From contig JASCQW010000043.1 of assembly GCA_030264375.1 (NCBI GenBank), forward strand, positions 66,284,634 through 66,348,633: DNA of 64,000 nt. Direction: 5' to 3'. The notes beneath the pieces are model-generated. The model was not told the origin of the DNA, ran no database searches, and saw only the letters and a program-made list of their open reading frames with translations. Made by a program: the position numbers and the translations under genes. This DNA is from Carcharhinus longimanus. Taxonomy: Eukaryota. Below, piece after piece: positions 1 to 13,577 of the stretch. The first letter of the stretch is position 1. Each line of letters opens with the position of its first letter.

Positions 1-167
1 GGCCAAGGCACCTAACCAGCACATCTTCTGGACGATAGAAGGAAACAGGAGCAAACTCATGCAGACACGGAAAATGTGCAGACTCCACACAGACAGTGAC
101 CCAAGCCAGGAATTGAACCCGGGTCCCTGGCACGGTGAGGCAGCAGTGCTAACCACTGTGCCTCCCA
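1..167 (-). mobile_element. HE1-type tRNA-derived V-SINE (5' part)
   Basis: Reverse complement of gtggttagcactgctgcctcac..ccagggacccgggttcaattcc (Pol III boxes A and B) plus the V-domain ggtcactgtctgtgtggagtctgcac. Confidence 0.9.
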
Positions 168-179
168 TACGGATGATAG

Positions 180-520
180 AGGAACAGGTGCAAGATAAAA
201 TACGAACAATGGAGTTTGGAATGAACTCGACTTTAGGGAGAGGACAATATTGGAGACTAGCTTGGATAATGTTGGAATAATCAAGTCTAGAGGTAACAAA
301 GACATGAATGAGGGTAGCAGTTGAGCTGAAACAGCTAGGGACAAAATCAGGCAATGTTTCAGAGGTGAAATAGATGGTCTTATTGATGGCACAAATATGA
401 GGTCAATAGTTCATCTCGGGATCAAATGTGACACTAAGTTTGTAAATATACTGGCTTAATCTCAGACTGTTGCTAGGGAGAGAGATGGAGTCAATAGTTT
501 GGGAAGAGAGTTTGGTGTGG
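180..520 (-). mobile_element. L2 LINE fragment
   Basis: tcaagtctagaggtaacaaagacatgaatgagggt...ctcgggatcaaatgtgacactaagtttg. L2 3'-end pieces also occur at ~13930-14050, 21235-21350 and 55320-55740. Confidence 0.55.
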
Positions 521-539
521 CACTCAGTTGGAAATTCAT

Positions 540-1000
540 CTCTGGTTAGTGTAGTCAGCATTTGAAATTTTGTAAATGATTGATTTATCTTGACTTTAAG
601 GCTAGGTGAATTCAGTACATAGTTGGACCTGAATGAACAACAAATCTGCCTGCCAAGGACCAGAGAGATTTTGACCCTTAAGTATCTTGCACAAATACTG
701 TTGGAATTACTGCCTGGCCTGCCACAAGGCTCACAAGAATGGTGGTCAGAAACCAGGTGAGTGGTTTGGATGGGTGCATGGAAATTCAAAGGTGGGATTG
801 GACCAGCTGGGGAAGGGAGACTCAAGATTTCCAAGTTGGGCCAGAATGACAACTTCTGCAGCTCCTGATCCACAATGGATCTCAATCAAGCTTCTGACAA
901 GCATGGTCTGGCCATGAGCAAAAACTGCAAATTGTAAATTGGTCTCCAATAACATCCCCACCCCTCCACCCCGCTGACCTCTTAAATTTTCATGTGGCGT
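540..1000 (-). mobile_element. Possible Gypsy gag/protease relic
   Basis: Minus-strand ORF has a CEPCGRPG knuckle-like motif followed by SPSLKVKINQSF..FQM, resembling the lead-in to a retrotransposon protease. Weak. Confidence 0.3.
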
Positions 1001-1229
1001 CCAGTAATCCATTAAAGGTTTGCTTCAACATCTTGTCATGTTCCGATATGTTCTGAACTTCAAACAAATCATAGTTTAAAACTAACCAAACTCAGCAAAG
1101 ATGGCCACCTGAGGATCACCTGACTTTTCTTGTTGAAACCAGTCCCCAGTCTCAAGAGGAACAAAGGGAGCCTTCCAGACATATGTTGACTCAAGTGCCT
1201 TTTCCTGAAACTAATTAAAAAGGGTGTAT

Positions 1230-1720
1230 ATGAACTTATGAATTAGGAGCAGGAATAGGGCACTTGCCCATTCGAACCTGCTCCACCATTCAATGAGATT
1301 ATAGCTGATCTGATTGTAACCTCAATTCCACATTCCCATTTACCCCACTAATCTTTCACCCCTTTGCTTATTAAGAATCTATCTACCTCTGCCTTAAAAC
1401 ATTAAAAGACTGCCGTTTAGGAAAGAAAATCCCCAGGTCTCACCACACTCTGAAAATATTTCTCCTCATCTCTGTTCTAAATGGGCAACCCCTTATTTTT
1501 TACAGTAACCCCTAGTATTGGTGTCTCTCAGAAGAGGAAACATCTTCCCAATGTCAATCCTGTGGAGACCCATCAGGATCCTATATGTTTCAATCAAGCT
1601 GTCTCTTGCATTCTAAACTCCAGCAGATACAAATCTAGTCTGTCCAGCCTGTCCTCATAAGATAGCTTGAAAAATCCAAGTGTTATTCTGTTAAAGCTTT
1701 TCTGAGCTGCTTCCAAATTT
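1230..1720 (-). mobile_element. CR1 LINE 3' fragment
   Basis: Reverse-strand CR1 3' end (aattaggagcaggaataggg...ccattcaatgagattatagctgatctgattgtaacctcaa...ttaagaatctatctacctctgcctt). Confidence 0.8.
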
Positions 1721-2149
1721 AAAATTGAATGGGTCATTCAGATACAAAAACACTGTGAAAACCGCAACACAGGATCTATAATACACCAAATCACCCACTT
1801 TATTTGGACTCGAAAAGATCATATGATGTAACAGTCATAATTTCTATTTGAATTTTCAAAAACAGCAACACTGTTTTGCAGACAGACTTCAATTAGACAG
1901 CCATCAAGCCAGCTGCAAGTCATCAAAGCAGCCAAGGTAATAAACAGCAATACCCAGGAAATGGGAGGAAGGCTCTCTCCAACATGTTCCAACTTGGAGT
2001 TCACTACAAAACCAACCTCCAAGAAATTCAACTACAAGTAACCTCCTAATTTATTGAGAATCATCTACTTTAAGTGACCTCACTGCAGCTGAACCATCAA
2101 CTTGTCTAAGAAGTTATAGGCCTGCCCTGAAAGAGACTGAGACAATCAT

Positions 2150-2395
2150 TAAGAACATAAGAACATAAGAAATAGGAGCAGGAGTAGGCCATCTGGCCCT
2201 TCGAGCCTGCCCCGCCATTNNNNNNNNNNNNNNNNNNNNNNNNNNNNNNNNNNNNNNNNNNNNNNNNNNNNNNNNNNNNNNNNNNNNNNNNNNNNNNNNN
2301 NNNNNNNNNNNNNNNNNNNCAAGACCTCCCTACTTTTATATTCAATCCCCCTCGCTATGAAGGCCAGCATCCCATTCGCCTTCCTGATCACCTGC
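2150..2395 (-). mobile_element. Young CR1 LINE 3' fragment spanning a gap
   Basis: (aagaacat)n tail; RT C-terminal VIRKANGMLAFIARGIEYKSREVL. Confidence 0.85.
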
Positions 2396-5300
2396 ATTAA
2401 CTGTAATTGTATTGCTTTGCCTTCATCTGTATCTAATATTTGTGTATGTGATACTGCGTATGAGTCAAGAGAGTAATATATCACATTTTAAATTTCAGCG
2501 GCCAGTCTATGATAAAATATAACCTCCATTTTTTAAAATGTTCACAAAAATCTTGCTGCTGTGGTTATTTAAATTGGGACAATCACATTCTAAGGATTGG
2601 AACATACATGCCTTTTACATACAAACATATTTACCATGGGAAAGAAAAAGGAATGCGTTACATTTGGGCAGAGAATTCATTGCACCTTCTCTGCTCATCT
2701 GTACCTGAAAATTTCAATCAGTGTCTTATAGCCAGAGTTAGTTCACATTTTGCATATTTCAAGAGCACCTGCCTGTACCATTAGGTAGGCTGCTTGTCCT
2801 TTTACAGATTTGCCTAAAATTTGTATCAGGCCAGACTTAGGCATCAATGGGTAACTGAGACACCCCACCTTCCCCAGAACCTTACCCTCCCATCTATTTT
2901 TCAACAATTATAAACTGGTCCTGTATGCCGAGAAAGTACAGATCACAATACGATCTAATCCTTTGCATGCAAAGTGTTGTCATTGACACCAAGTTTGTCC
3001 TACCTGGATAATAATACCATCATCTTCCAGTCTGGAAACAAAAATATTCATCTCTGAATAATCTTCACTGGATCTCTGGCACAACCAAATACTTTCAAAT
3101 ATTGAGCTTTTATCTTGGCTTCCTGAGATTGCATGGCTTTGAAATAATGTTTGAAGATAAACGTAGCCCCATGTTCTCCATGATAAAAAAGTGCCAAGAG
3201 TGGCGTGACCTGGGTTATCCAAAGAACTTGCCTTAAAGGGACAATGCCACTGCCCTCGACAAGAAGCTATTAATATTTGTACTATTTGCATAACATTTGG
3301 ATCACAGACACATTCCATCTTTATGACTCCTTAGTTGCTTGCCAAATTGCATTTCTGTTTGGTAAGAAACATTGCAGGAAATCACTGAGTTGCAAACAGG
3401 CAAGTTTGGAGTTGCAGTAGCTGTCAATTTCAGTAAAAATCTTTTGCATGTTGACTTCATGATTCTTCCAGGAATTGAGCCTACCTGGAAAACCTCTCCT
3501 TCCAATAAAAAGGGGCAAAGAGATTCTTCTTCAAACCTTTATTTCATAAGCTAAGCTACACAACAGGAGGGCTCCATACACTTTGCAGTGGTGCCTGTAT
3601 TACACTCCAGAGAATACATGTCAAGACTCGTGAATCCACTATCCATGGCTCCATCTGCTTAAAGCTTACATACAGCAGGATAATTATTAGTTTGATCATT
3701 CTTTATTCATTCCACACCCATTACTATAAATTTTGCAATTCTTTGGGTCACAAATGAAATACAGCAAAATGAAAAGCTTATTTGCATAGATGCTATCATA
3801 TGAATGCTTAACATGTTTTAGTGGACACGTCTTCCATTTTATAGCAGACAGTGGAATTTCAGCCAAGTCCTGGTATTCTACACCATAATTTCAGAGCTAA
3901 AATTTGCAGCCAAAGAAAAACATCTTGCTCACTGTGTTCAATGACACACATTGTGTTTACATCACAATGCTGAAGCAGCAATATAAATGAAGCAAATCAC
4001 TGGTCCCCCCAGAATGAAAATCCAGATACACAAGGTGGATGTCCCAACACGACTGTGAAGAAGTAGTGAAGTAAACATAAATAACCCTCTTCAGCAGTAC
4101 TGGATGCTTTGGGCCATTTTTTGCTTCTGGTCATGATCAGATTCAGCTTTCCCATCAAGCAGCCACAGGACTCCTGCATTTCTGGCTTGTATAAATTGAA
4201 ATCTGACATGATAGAAGGATGACAAGTGGAAATTTATGAGTAGAATTTGACTCCCAGTCACCAATGTTTTGAGTGTAAAATTGGCAATCAATCTCTATTT
4301 TCCACTATGATCTCGAGCAATACTTAAATTCTATTACAGGCGATATTAGGTTAGGTGACCTTCGATCATCCATGTGCAAAATAGCACACTTGTGTCAATC
4401 CTTAAAGGGACATCTAGAGACAACTCAAAAACTGGTCCAGGAAATTTTCAGGAGGGGCAGCATTCCTTCTCCTGATACCAGAGAAAGGCTCTGGTATGCT
4501 GCCTATGTATTCAAGGCCCTGCCTTGAGATTGTCACCTCCCTCTGGACCTGAACTGCTTGTTTCAGCGTTTAAGCTGTCTGGTTTCTCATTGTCCTTGAC
4601 CAGCGAGCTGCATGGAGCCTCCAATTGCCATCCTTGGTTTGTTGACAGCATTCATATGTAATCCAATCCTGAATTTGGTTCGGATTGATGCATGGAACCA
4701 CTAATTCTGCCAATTTGTGTCTGTTTGAATCCAGTTTGAACTTCTCAGCCTTTGTATGCATATATGTTGCTACTGTTTAAAAAGTGCTCTGCTGGGTACA
4801 ACATAAACATGCCCAAAGTAGAATTATTTAGGAACTTGACAGCCCAATCCAGCTGTGTTTATCTTCTTTCACATCCATGAATTTCAGTCAGGGGTCACTG
4901 GAGCATGGTCACCAAACCACCCCCCTTCCCCAAAACCCTCCAATCTCCCCCCACCCAAATTTAGAGATGTTGCAATGAAGGTTAGCTAATTCTATACAGA
5001 TCAGAGATCAAATCTTAAATACAGCTTAGTTTTCCTATCTTCTTCGAAAGGTAACTCACACTGGGATATAGCTCACAAACAGCATTCATATATCTTGCAC
5101 TGCCAACCATTCTTCATGTCTGAACCTAGAACAGTTCATTATTAAGATGGGGAGCAATTTCCTGTAGATAATAACCAGGAGTGCTGCTACAGTTAAAAGT
5201 CAATCTCAATCTGACAGTCGCTGAAAGTATCAGCAACACCCAGATTAAAGATTGTAGGCTGTTTTTAAGCTTTGGTGAGGGAGAAGTGGAGAAGGAAGAA

Positions 5301-6384
5301 AAGGGGAGGGAGGAAAACCAAGGAGTGTCAGGGTGAAGATGAGGGTGAGGGGAAGAGAATGAAACTTAGTAATATTACTGACTGACATTTTGCACTCCCC
5401 AATGTCAGAGAAAAGATCGATTAAAGATCCAAACCCCTGTAGGTACTATTATGTTTCCGACTTCTTGACAGGAAACCAGCCACTAAAAAGATAATTTTCG
5501 GTAATTGTAAATGCATTGTCACTAGCTTGGGGGAACCCAGATCCATTGGCGGACAAGAAATTGGGAAATTAAGTGCTTGGGAGTCCGTCACTGTTAAGTG
5601 TACTCTGCCATAATAAAGGCATCAAACTTGTGCATTCATACTGGGACATTAGATTATTATTAAGACCATGACCACGGAAGAGGGATTTTAATACCTGTCA
5701 AATTTTCTGAAGAATGCAGTCCCTACTGGATTCATTCCATTAGAAATTGACAGTGTAAATGGAGAAAAAGAATTTTGGAAGCAAAATGATTATTAAGTAG
5801 AGAATAGGGAAGGTGCTGTAAGAGTGAACAGATTTGAAATCATTATTTGAGTTCAATAAGATTTATTTTAATTGTGCTTTATTTGCAATTAGTTCTATTT
5901 CAGTGAACATCAGAAGACAGGGAGGGAGAAAGATCTCAAACTGAAATATTCTAACATTTAAACAGGGAGCCAATGCTTCTTTCTTCAATAAAGTAAAAAC
6001 TTTTCATTGTTGCTCAGTAGATGGCATTGTTTACACGATTGATTCCAATACAGCCTGCTGTATTGGACACTTACCTATGGTTAGCATTTCTCAAACATTT
6101 TATTATTAAAAATAATTCTAAAAGTGTTAAATATGAATGAATTATGAATTGAAATATTACTGATTTTATATGCTATAAAACTACATAGTTTTCATGAGAG
6201 AATGAAGGTTGCATAAAGTGAATGAACTCCAGGGGTAATTCTGAAAGCATGAGCTCTTCGTGCCTTACATTTGATTGTTAATTTGCTCCCCATTGTAGAT
6301 CTGATTTTCTTGGGCAGGTGCTGGCCTGTTTAACCTCACCCATTGTGGGCGAGGGTCGGACAATGGTAAACCTCTGAAGTCTAG

Positions 6385-6780
6385 AAAAATGAGTTGACCT
6401 CACTGAAGTATACAATATCTTTACAAGCTCAACAAAGTAGATGTAGGAAGGATGTTTCCCCTGCTGGGAGGTGGTGCGAGGGTGTCTAGAACCAGTGAAA
6501 ACAGTTTCAGTACGAGAGCTAGATAATTTAGGACCAAGATGAGGAGGAATTTCTTCAGTCAGCGTGCGATGAATTTGTGAAATTCTCTACCCCAAAGGGC
6601 TGTGGAGGCTCAGTCTTTGAGTATGTCCAAAGCAGAGGCTGACAAATTTCTAGACACCAATGACATCAAGGGATACTGGAAAATGGCATTGAGGTAGAAG
6701 ATCAGCCATGATCTAATTAAACTGCAAAGCAAGCTCAAGGGGCTTACTCTTGCTCTTATCTACCTATTTTCCTACGTTCA
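6385..6780 (+). mobile_element. CR1 LINE 3' fragment
   Basis: aggatgtttccc...tctagaacc...gatgaggaggaatttcttcagtcag...gatcagccatgatct. Confidence 0.75.
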
Positions 6781-7059
6781 TCATCCCTGGATATGTTTTG
6801 TCTCATACCTAAAAATGAGGTGTCATCCTAGTGAAGCTACAACACTACATACACGCCAAACAACGGAAGTAACATGCGATAGAGCTAAGAGATCCCACAA
6901 CCAATGGATCAGATCTAAGCTCTGTGGTCCTACATCCAGTCATGAATGGTGGGAATTAAACAATTGACTGGAGGTGGAGAACATATATGAGAACATATAT
7001 TCTCATCCTCAGTCTTGGGAGAGCCCAGAACTTTAGTGCAAAGACAAGGCTGAGGCATA

Positions 7060-7285
7060 ACTCCAGAACACCATCTTCTTTCCTATCATCAGGCTTTTGA
7101 ATGGTTCTATCATGTATTAAGCTGATCTTTCTCTTCACCCTACCAGTAACTGTAACACTATATTTTGCATCCTATCCTTTCCTTTTCTCCTGTGTGCTTC
7201 CCCAACAGTATGTTTTACCTGAATAGCATGCAAGAAACAATACTTTTCACTGCATTCCAATACATACAACAAATCAAATCAAAGC
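7060..7285 (+). mobile_element. Rex1/Babar-like LINE 3' end
   Basis: ttcctatcatcaggcttttgaatgg (IRLLNG-like end) and tail gcaagaaacaatacttttcactg...aaatcaaatcaaa. Confidence 0.5.
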
Positions 7286-7299
7286 GAAACGTGCTGAAT

Positions 7300-7808
7300 G
7301 AATAAACCATCTTGGCCTCCTCCAGGGGTCCTCATGACTACAAAAGCCAGTTTTCAGCCAATTCAGGGGATTTTCACAGTAACTTCATTGCAGAGTTAAT
7401 GTAAGCCTACTTGTGACAATAATAAATGAACTAAACTTCAATTCACTTCACGTGATATAAAGAAATGGCTGAAGGCACTGGTTACTGCAAAGGCTCCAGG
7501 AGACATTTTGGCAGTAGTAGCAAAGTCTTGTATGCCAGAACTATATGCGACCCTAGCCAAGATATTCCAGCTCAGCTACAACACTGGCATCTATCCAGCA
7601 ATGTGGAAAATTGCCCAGGTATGTCCTGTTCACATCATGGCTGTCCATAAAGCACAGAGAATTCCACATCAATTGCCACATCACTAGTCTATTTTTGATT
7701 ATCAGCCACTGGAAGTGTTGTCAACAATGCTGATGAGTATCACTTCCATGGCAATAATGTGCTCACAGATGCTCAGTTTAAGTGCTGCCAGGGCCACTCA
7801 GCTCCTGA
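7300..7808 (+). mobile_element. CR1/L2-group LINE RT fragment with an inserted SINE tail (7365-7440)
   Basis: ctagccaagatattccag..ctacaacactggcatctatccagcaatgtggaaaattgcccaggtatgtcctgttcac (P..WK.A.V.PV motif) and tgccagggccactcagctcctga. Confidence 0.65.
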
Positions 7809-8454
7809 NNNNNNNNNNNNNNNNNNNNNNNNNNNNNNNNNNNNNNNNNNNNNNNNNNNNNNNNNNNNNNNNNNNNNNNNNNNNNNNNNNNNNNNNNNNN
7901 NNNNNNNNNNNNNNNNNNNNNNNNNNNNNNNNNNNNNNNNNNNNNNNNNNNNNNNNNNNNNNNNNNNNNNNNNNNNNNNNNNNNNNNNNNNNNNNNNNNN
8001 NNNNNNNNNNNNNNNNNNNNNNNNNNNNNNNNNNNNNNNNNNNNNNNNNNNNNNNNNNNNNNNNNNNNNNNNNNNNNNNNNNNNNNNNNNNNNNNNNNNN
8101 NNNNNNNNNNNNNNNNNNNNNNNNNNNNNNNNNNNNNNNNNNNNNNNNNNNNNNNNNNNNNNACCTCTTTGCCCCTGGCAGTGACCATTCATCACGTCAC
8201 TCTTGACCAAAAGCTTTTGTAAACCCCACAATGTGATATATTGTTGGTGGGGGATAGAGGGGGTGGAACTTTAATGTGGGGGAACTTTAGCCCAGGGATA
8301 TTCGCTAACAATACTAAAATGTATGGTAATGGGGTTCTGACCTTTCATGGCAGGAATTCCATTACAGAAAAGCCATGTGGGGACTCCCAGTGGATCATCT
8401 ACTCTTGCCCCCATTTCCCATCTGCCAAAAATGGGGCTGAAAATCCCCCCCATA

Positions 8455-9570
8455 ATGTATTTGGATTTCCAAAAAGTATATGATAAGGTGGCACATTAAA
8501 GTTTACTACACAAAATAAGAATATAGTGTTGGGAGTGATATATGAGAATGGTAGCTGATTGGCTGAATAATAGTACACAGAGCCTTGGGATTAAGATATT
8601 ACTCTCAGGATGACAAACTATAACTCATGGTGTGCACAGGCATCCGTGCTGGTGCCTCCAGTGTTTACAATCTATGTTACTGACTTGAATAAACGGACCA
8701 ACTTTAATGTAGCTAAGTCTGCTGGTGATACAAAGATAGATAGGAAATTAAGTTGTGAGAACGCAAAGGGTTTGCAAAAGAAAACAGGTTAAATACTTGG
8801 TAGATGGATTATAATGTGGGAACATATAAATTCATCTGCAGGAAGAACAGAAAAGCAGAATATTATTTAAATAGAGGGATTACTGCAGAATGCTACAAAG
8901 GGAGCCAGCATGCATGTACAGCAAGTAATTAGGAGGGCTAATGGAATGTTATTGCAAGGGGAATGGAGTACTAAAGTAGGAAAGTACTACAACTGTACAG
9001 GAGTTTGATGAAACCACACATCTAGAGTATAACGTGCAGCTTTGGTCAGCTTAGAATTGTACTGGGAAGCAATTCAGAGAAGGTTCATCTGATTCATAAG
9101 ATGAAGAGGCTGTCTTGTGAGGAAAAGTTGAGTATGTTGGAACTATACTCATTGGAGTTTAGAAGAATTTGAGGTGATCTTATTGAAACACATCAGGTTC
9201 TGAGGGGACTTTACAGGGTAGATACTGGGAGGATGTTTCCCCTTATGAGGGAATCTAGAACTGCAGGGACAATTTCAAAATTAGAGGTCTCCCATTTAAG
9301 ATGGAGATGAGGAGAAGTTTCTTCTCCCAGAATGTTGCCAGTATTTGGAATTCTCTGCCCTAGAGAGCAGTAGAGGTTGACTCGTTGAATTTATTCAGAG
9401 CTGTGTTATACAGATTTTTGATTGACAAAGGAGTCAAGAGTTATGGGGGGACAGGCAGGAAAATGGTGCCAAGGCTACAATCAGAAAATTCATGATCTTA
9501 GTGAATGAGGAGGAGACTCAAGGGATGAAATTGTCTACTCTTGCTCCCGTTTCTGAGATTCTTATGTTTT
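8455..9570 (+). mobile_element. CR1 LINE RT and 3' end, degenerate
   Basis: LDF.K..DKV, QASVLVPPVFTIYVTDL, AKSAGDTKI (FADDTK decayed), KANGML, followed by the 3' UTR. Confidence 0.8.
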
Positions 9571-9919
9571 CATGTTATGTTTTGCCTGAGATAATTACTT
9601 AATTCTGCCTGATTACACATTTACAATCTAAACTAGTCTGTTCCTTTTTTGACCCAGAACAAATTATTCTCAGAAACTGTCCCAAGGATATTCTCTCAAC
9701 ACACATGCAAAGATGTGCTTTGAAGATATGATTTCTGATTTTATCGCTGGCTGGATTTCAAACTGGAATCCTATAAAGAAACAGGCACCAGGGCAAGCTG
9801 CTACAGAACNNNNNNNNNNNNNNNNNNNNNNNNNNNNNNNNNNNNNNNNNNNNNNNNNNNNNNNNNNNNNNNNNNNNNNNNNNNNNNNNNNNNNNNNNNN
9901 NNNNNNNNNACAGAACACA

Positions 9920-10576
9920 ATTTCTCATTGCACAAATTTGGGATTAGAACAAGCCATCAACTGCCTGATGAGCATGAAAGACCCCATCCCCTGACTATTC
10001 ACATCACACTGAGACTTTGCAAATGTTTCTGAGACATCAAAATCCCTTTATCTGTTCTGAACAATAACTGCAGTAGATATGAATTGAGCAAACCCCTCTG
10101 GAATAATCAACATTTTAAAAGTATTTTAAAGTGACCATCCTGAGGAGAAAACAAGACCTTTTAAAATGTGAAAATATGCTCTATGTGATTGAATCCAGGA
10201 GAACAGCTATGCTAAATGACCGCAATGTTGAACTATCATATTGAGACTGTAAAGTTCTTATAAGCGTATCCTCTTACTTTGTCAGCTATACCTGTATGCA
10301 CATGGACCCAGATAAATGTATGTAACTCTCTAATAGAATTGCATTTTCTCATTCTTTCTTTTGCTTAGGAATGGTTTCAATAAACTTATCTTGTTTTTTA
10401 ATTAACCAAAGAGACATGTCTGAGTAATTCTCTACAACCTCGACATGTAAATAATGGGGCATTTAGAGAATTGGCAGAACACATTCTCTTAAAATTATTT
10501 TTTAAAAACTCCTAATGATCAAACAAGGAGTGGGAAAAAAGGGGACACATTTCACCCCTCCTCACTTGGTCATAAC
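9920..10576 (+). mobile_element. LTR-like fragment (3' part of a solo LTR)
   Basis: AATAAA at ~10379 and a terminus cccctcctcacttggtcataaCA. A similar ...ggatcataaCA terminus occurs at ~39691. Confidence 0.35.
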
Positions 10577-10639
10577 ACGACATTTGCCAATTTGATTCAT
10601 CCAAGTTTTATTAATATTAAAATCATCCTTGATAAATGC

Positions 10640-11760
10640 AATTCCTTTCTTACCATGCCCCCATTATTTTGGTATGTATATTTTGTCCAACAGTATAGCA
10701 ACTGCTAGGGGCCCTACAAAATACTCCTACAAATACATTTGTTCACCTGCTATTTCTCATCTCCACTCAAGCTGCTTCTCCAGATTGATCTTCTGAACCA
10801 AGATCATTTCTCACTACTGAACTGATCTCATTTCTTATTAACAGAGATATCCCATTCCATTTCCTTTCTTCTTATCCTTCCAAAATGTCAAATACCATTG
10901 AATTTTCAGTTCCCAGCCTTGATCACTTTCCAACCATGTCTCAGCAATGTGATGCCATATTTATTTATTTCTATTTGTGCTATTAATTCATCCATCTTGT
11001 TGCAAATGCAGCATGCATTCAGGTAGTTCTTTAATTCTGTCTTTTTTCACCATTTTTCTCTATTTTGACTCTACTTGCTGGTACACACTTATGTTTGTAT
11101 GCTCTGTCAAGCTCTGGTTATTGTGACCCATATCACTAACCTGTATTATTACATTGTCCTTTTCAGTTAACATCCTAAATCTCCCCTCACCTGAACCTTC
11201 CCCATCCCATACTGTTTACTATAAAGTCCTCTCTACGTTCATGAGGACCTTGGTCCCAGTGTAGTTCAAGTAAAGCATTCTCTTTCCCCAGCACTGATGC
11301 CTGTACCCTATGCATTGGAATTCATTTCTTCCAAACCATTGAACTCTCTGATCTTATTTAACCTATGCCAATTTACATGTAGCTCTGGTAGTAATCCTGG
11401 ATCATTACCTTTGCAGTTCTGCTTTTTAATTGAGTTTTCATATTACCTCAGTAGAACCTCTTTCTTAGTCCTACCTTTGTTATTGGTGCACCAAGACCTG
11501 CCTGAAAGAGATGTCCTTTTTCGTGTCATCAGGCAAGCAACACAGCCTTCTGGACTTACTTCTTTGGTTGTAGAAAACAGTACCTACTTCCCTAATCATA
11601 TTGTTCTCTACTAATAGTAGCTTCCTTTTCAGTCCTGGCACTCAAATAGCCCTCTGTACCACAATTATCTCCTCGTCACTACTGAGATTGGAGAACTCAC
11701 TTGATGAATTACTGACTCATGCACAGCTCTCTAACTCCATGGTACCAGATATGAAGCCTT
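10640..11760 (-). mobile_element. CR1 LINE 5'/ORF1-endonuclease relic
   Basis: Reverse-strand motifs ccagccttgatcactttccaaccatgtctcagcaatg, gcagcatgcattcagg and tattggtgcacc typical of the CR1 esterase/endonuclease region. Confidence 0.5.
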
Positions 11761-12574
11761 TTTATCAAACTTTCCTTCTCCTTTTCTTGAAGGTATCAGC
11801 TCATGCAGGTGTCCATTTGTTTTGGTACCAGCATTTTTGGTAACTTGTCCACATTGATTTTACAATAAATGTCAGTAAGTTATTTCACAATGACAGGATG
11901 ACCATCTAGCCTGATCTTATTCATATACCATACTCACACTGTACATGCATAATTTTCCTGCAAAAGCCAATGGATTGGGATACCAGATTAATTTCACTCT
12001 TCCTAACCGACTATAGCACTTCTGCTGCCAATCTATTTGGAACCAGACAGCTTAACACAAACAGGGTTAGAACCTGGAATCTTCCAAACTGATATGGTCA
12101 GTAACACACTGGTCATTGTATTTACCAAAAGACAATTTACCAACAGTGAGCCACATCAGAACACAGCTCGAGTACAGAAGCAAACAGCAACAGAATATTG
12201 ACAGTGAGAAGAAGATTCCACAGATATTTAATATCTTTGTTGGTGAACCTTGCGTATGTGATCCTGAAAGTACATTCATATCTAAATATTCACATTGTTT
12301 GGCTGCCTGTGATTTAGAGAAACTGGCATTATGTTGATTTTGCATTCATTAATGCAGTCAACCTGACCGTGTGTATTTGTGGACAGAAATCCAAGGTAAC
12401 TAATCAGAATTTAATCCAGCCAAATACTGGAGATTTTAATAATACCCAAGTAATCGTTTTGGTCATTTTACAATATGAACACATATGAAGCATAAAATCT
12501 GCAAGACTCCAGATGGATAACAATTGAAACATCATCTTGGCCAGGCTGACTGGATGGAGAAAGTTTGGTTGGTT

Positions 12575-13030
12575 TCATAGGGTTATAGAATTTTACAGCA
12601 ATGCAACATGGAAATAGGCCATTCAGATGAGTGAGTCTGTGCTGGCCCATTCGAAGAACAATCCAGTTAATCCCACTCCTCTGCTCTTTCTACATATCCC
12701 TGCATGCTTCTTCTAATCCAGTCCAATGTTGAAGGTTGCTATTGAATCTGTATCCACCATCCTATCAGCTGGTGTGTTTCAAATCCTAACCATTGCAAAA
12801 AATAATTTTCCCTCTGTTTGCCTTATCTATTCCCTTATCTATTACCTTAAATCTCTGACTTTTGGTTGACTTTTCAGGCATCGGAAACAGTTTTCTTAAC
12901 TTTCTCCATACAAATCCTTCATAGTTTTAAACACTGCTATCAAATTTTCTCTTATCCTTCTTTGCTCTAAGGAGAGTGCTAATATCAAGCTGTCCTGATT
13001 TTAAACATGTAACCCATAGGGAATCTGAAC
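12575..13030 (-). mobile_element. CR1 LINE 3' fragment
   Basis: catagggttatagaattttacagc..ggaaataggccattcag...tgaatctgtatccaccatcctatcag...ttttaaacac. Confidence 0.6.
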
Positions 13031-13297
13031 TTTTGATTGGCAGCATACTGCTACAATGTAAGGAGTATCAGAAAAACATTTGGTGTCCTTTAAGGACTTG
13101 CTTTGACAATGGGATAGATTTGCACACAATGCCCACAAATTTTGTTCCAGAGATAGCTTACACTTGTTTGTCATTTTGAAAAGATAATGAGGAGTCATCA
13201 GTAAGTCCATATGCTGACAATAATGAAAAAGGTGCAAACCAATACTTTAAGAAATAATTTAACCCCAAATGGGAGGCAGATGTTGAGTCCATTTTTT

Positions 13298-13482
13298 ATA
13301 GAATCATAGAATCCTTACAATAATAGAAGGAGGTCATTCAGCCCATCAAGTCTGTACTGACCACAATCCCACCCAGGCCCTATTCCCATAACGAAACACA
13401 TTTACCCTGCTAATTCCCTGACATTAAGGGCATGGCCAATCAATCTATCCTGCACATCTTTAGACTGTGGGAGGAAACCATG
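13298..13482 (-). mobile_element. HE1-type SINE 3' half (CR1-like tail)
   Basis: atagaatcatagaatcc...cagcccatc...cacaatcccacccagg...cacatctttagactgtgggaggaaacc. Confidence 0.8.
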
Positions 13483-13577
13483 TATGTGACAGCCATCAGT
13501 TTTTCAAGCCATGTCAGATTGTCAAAATTACAACACAAAAAACACCCTTTATTTTAACTCAGATTCACAGTTGGCAA

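Noticed and set aside
3302-3420. Faint resemblance of NLPVCNSVIS to NMRK1 (a PCSK5 neighbour in mammals) and of PGHATLGTFLS to corin
   Set aside because: Only a few residues match, with no P-loop or Frizzled cysteine pattern; not supportable.
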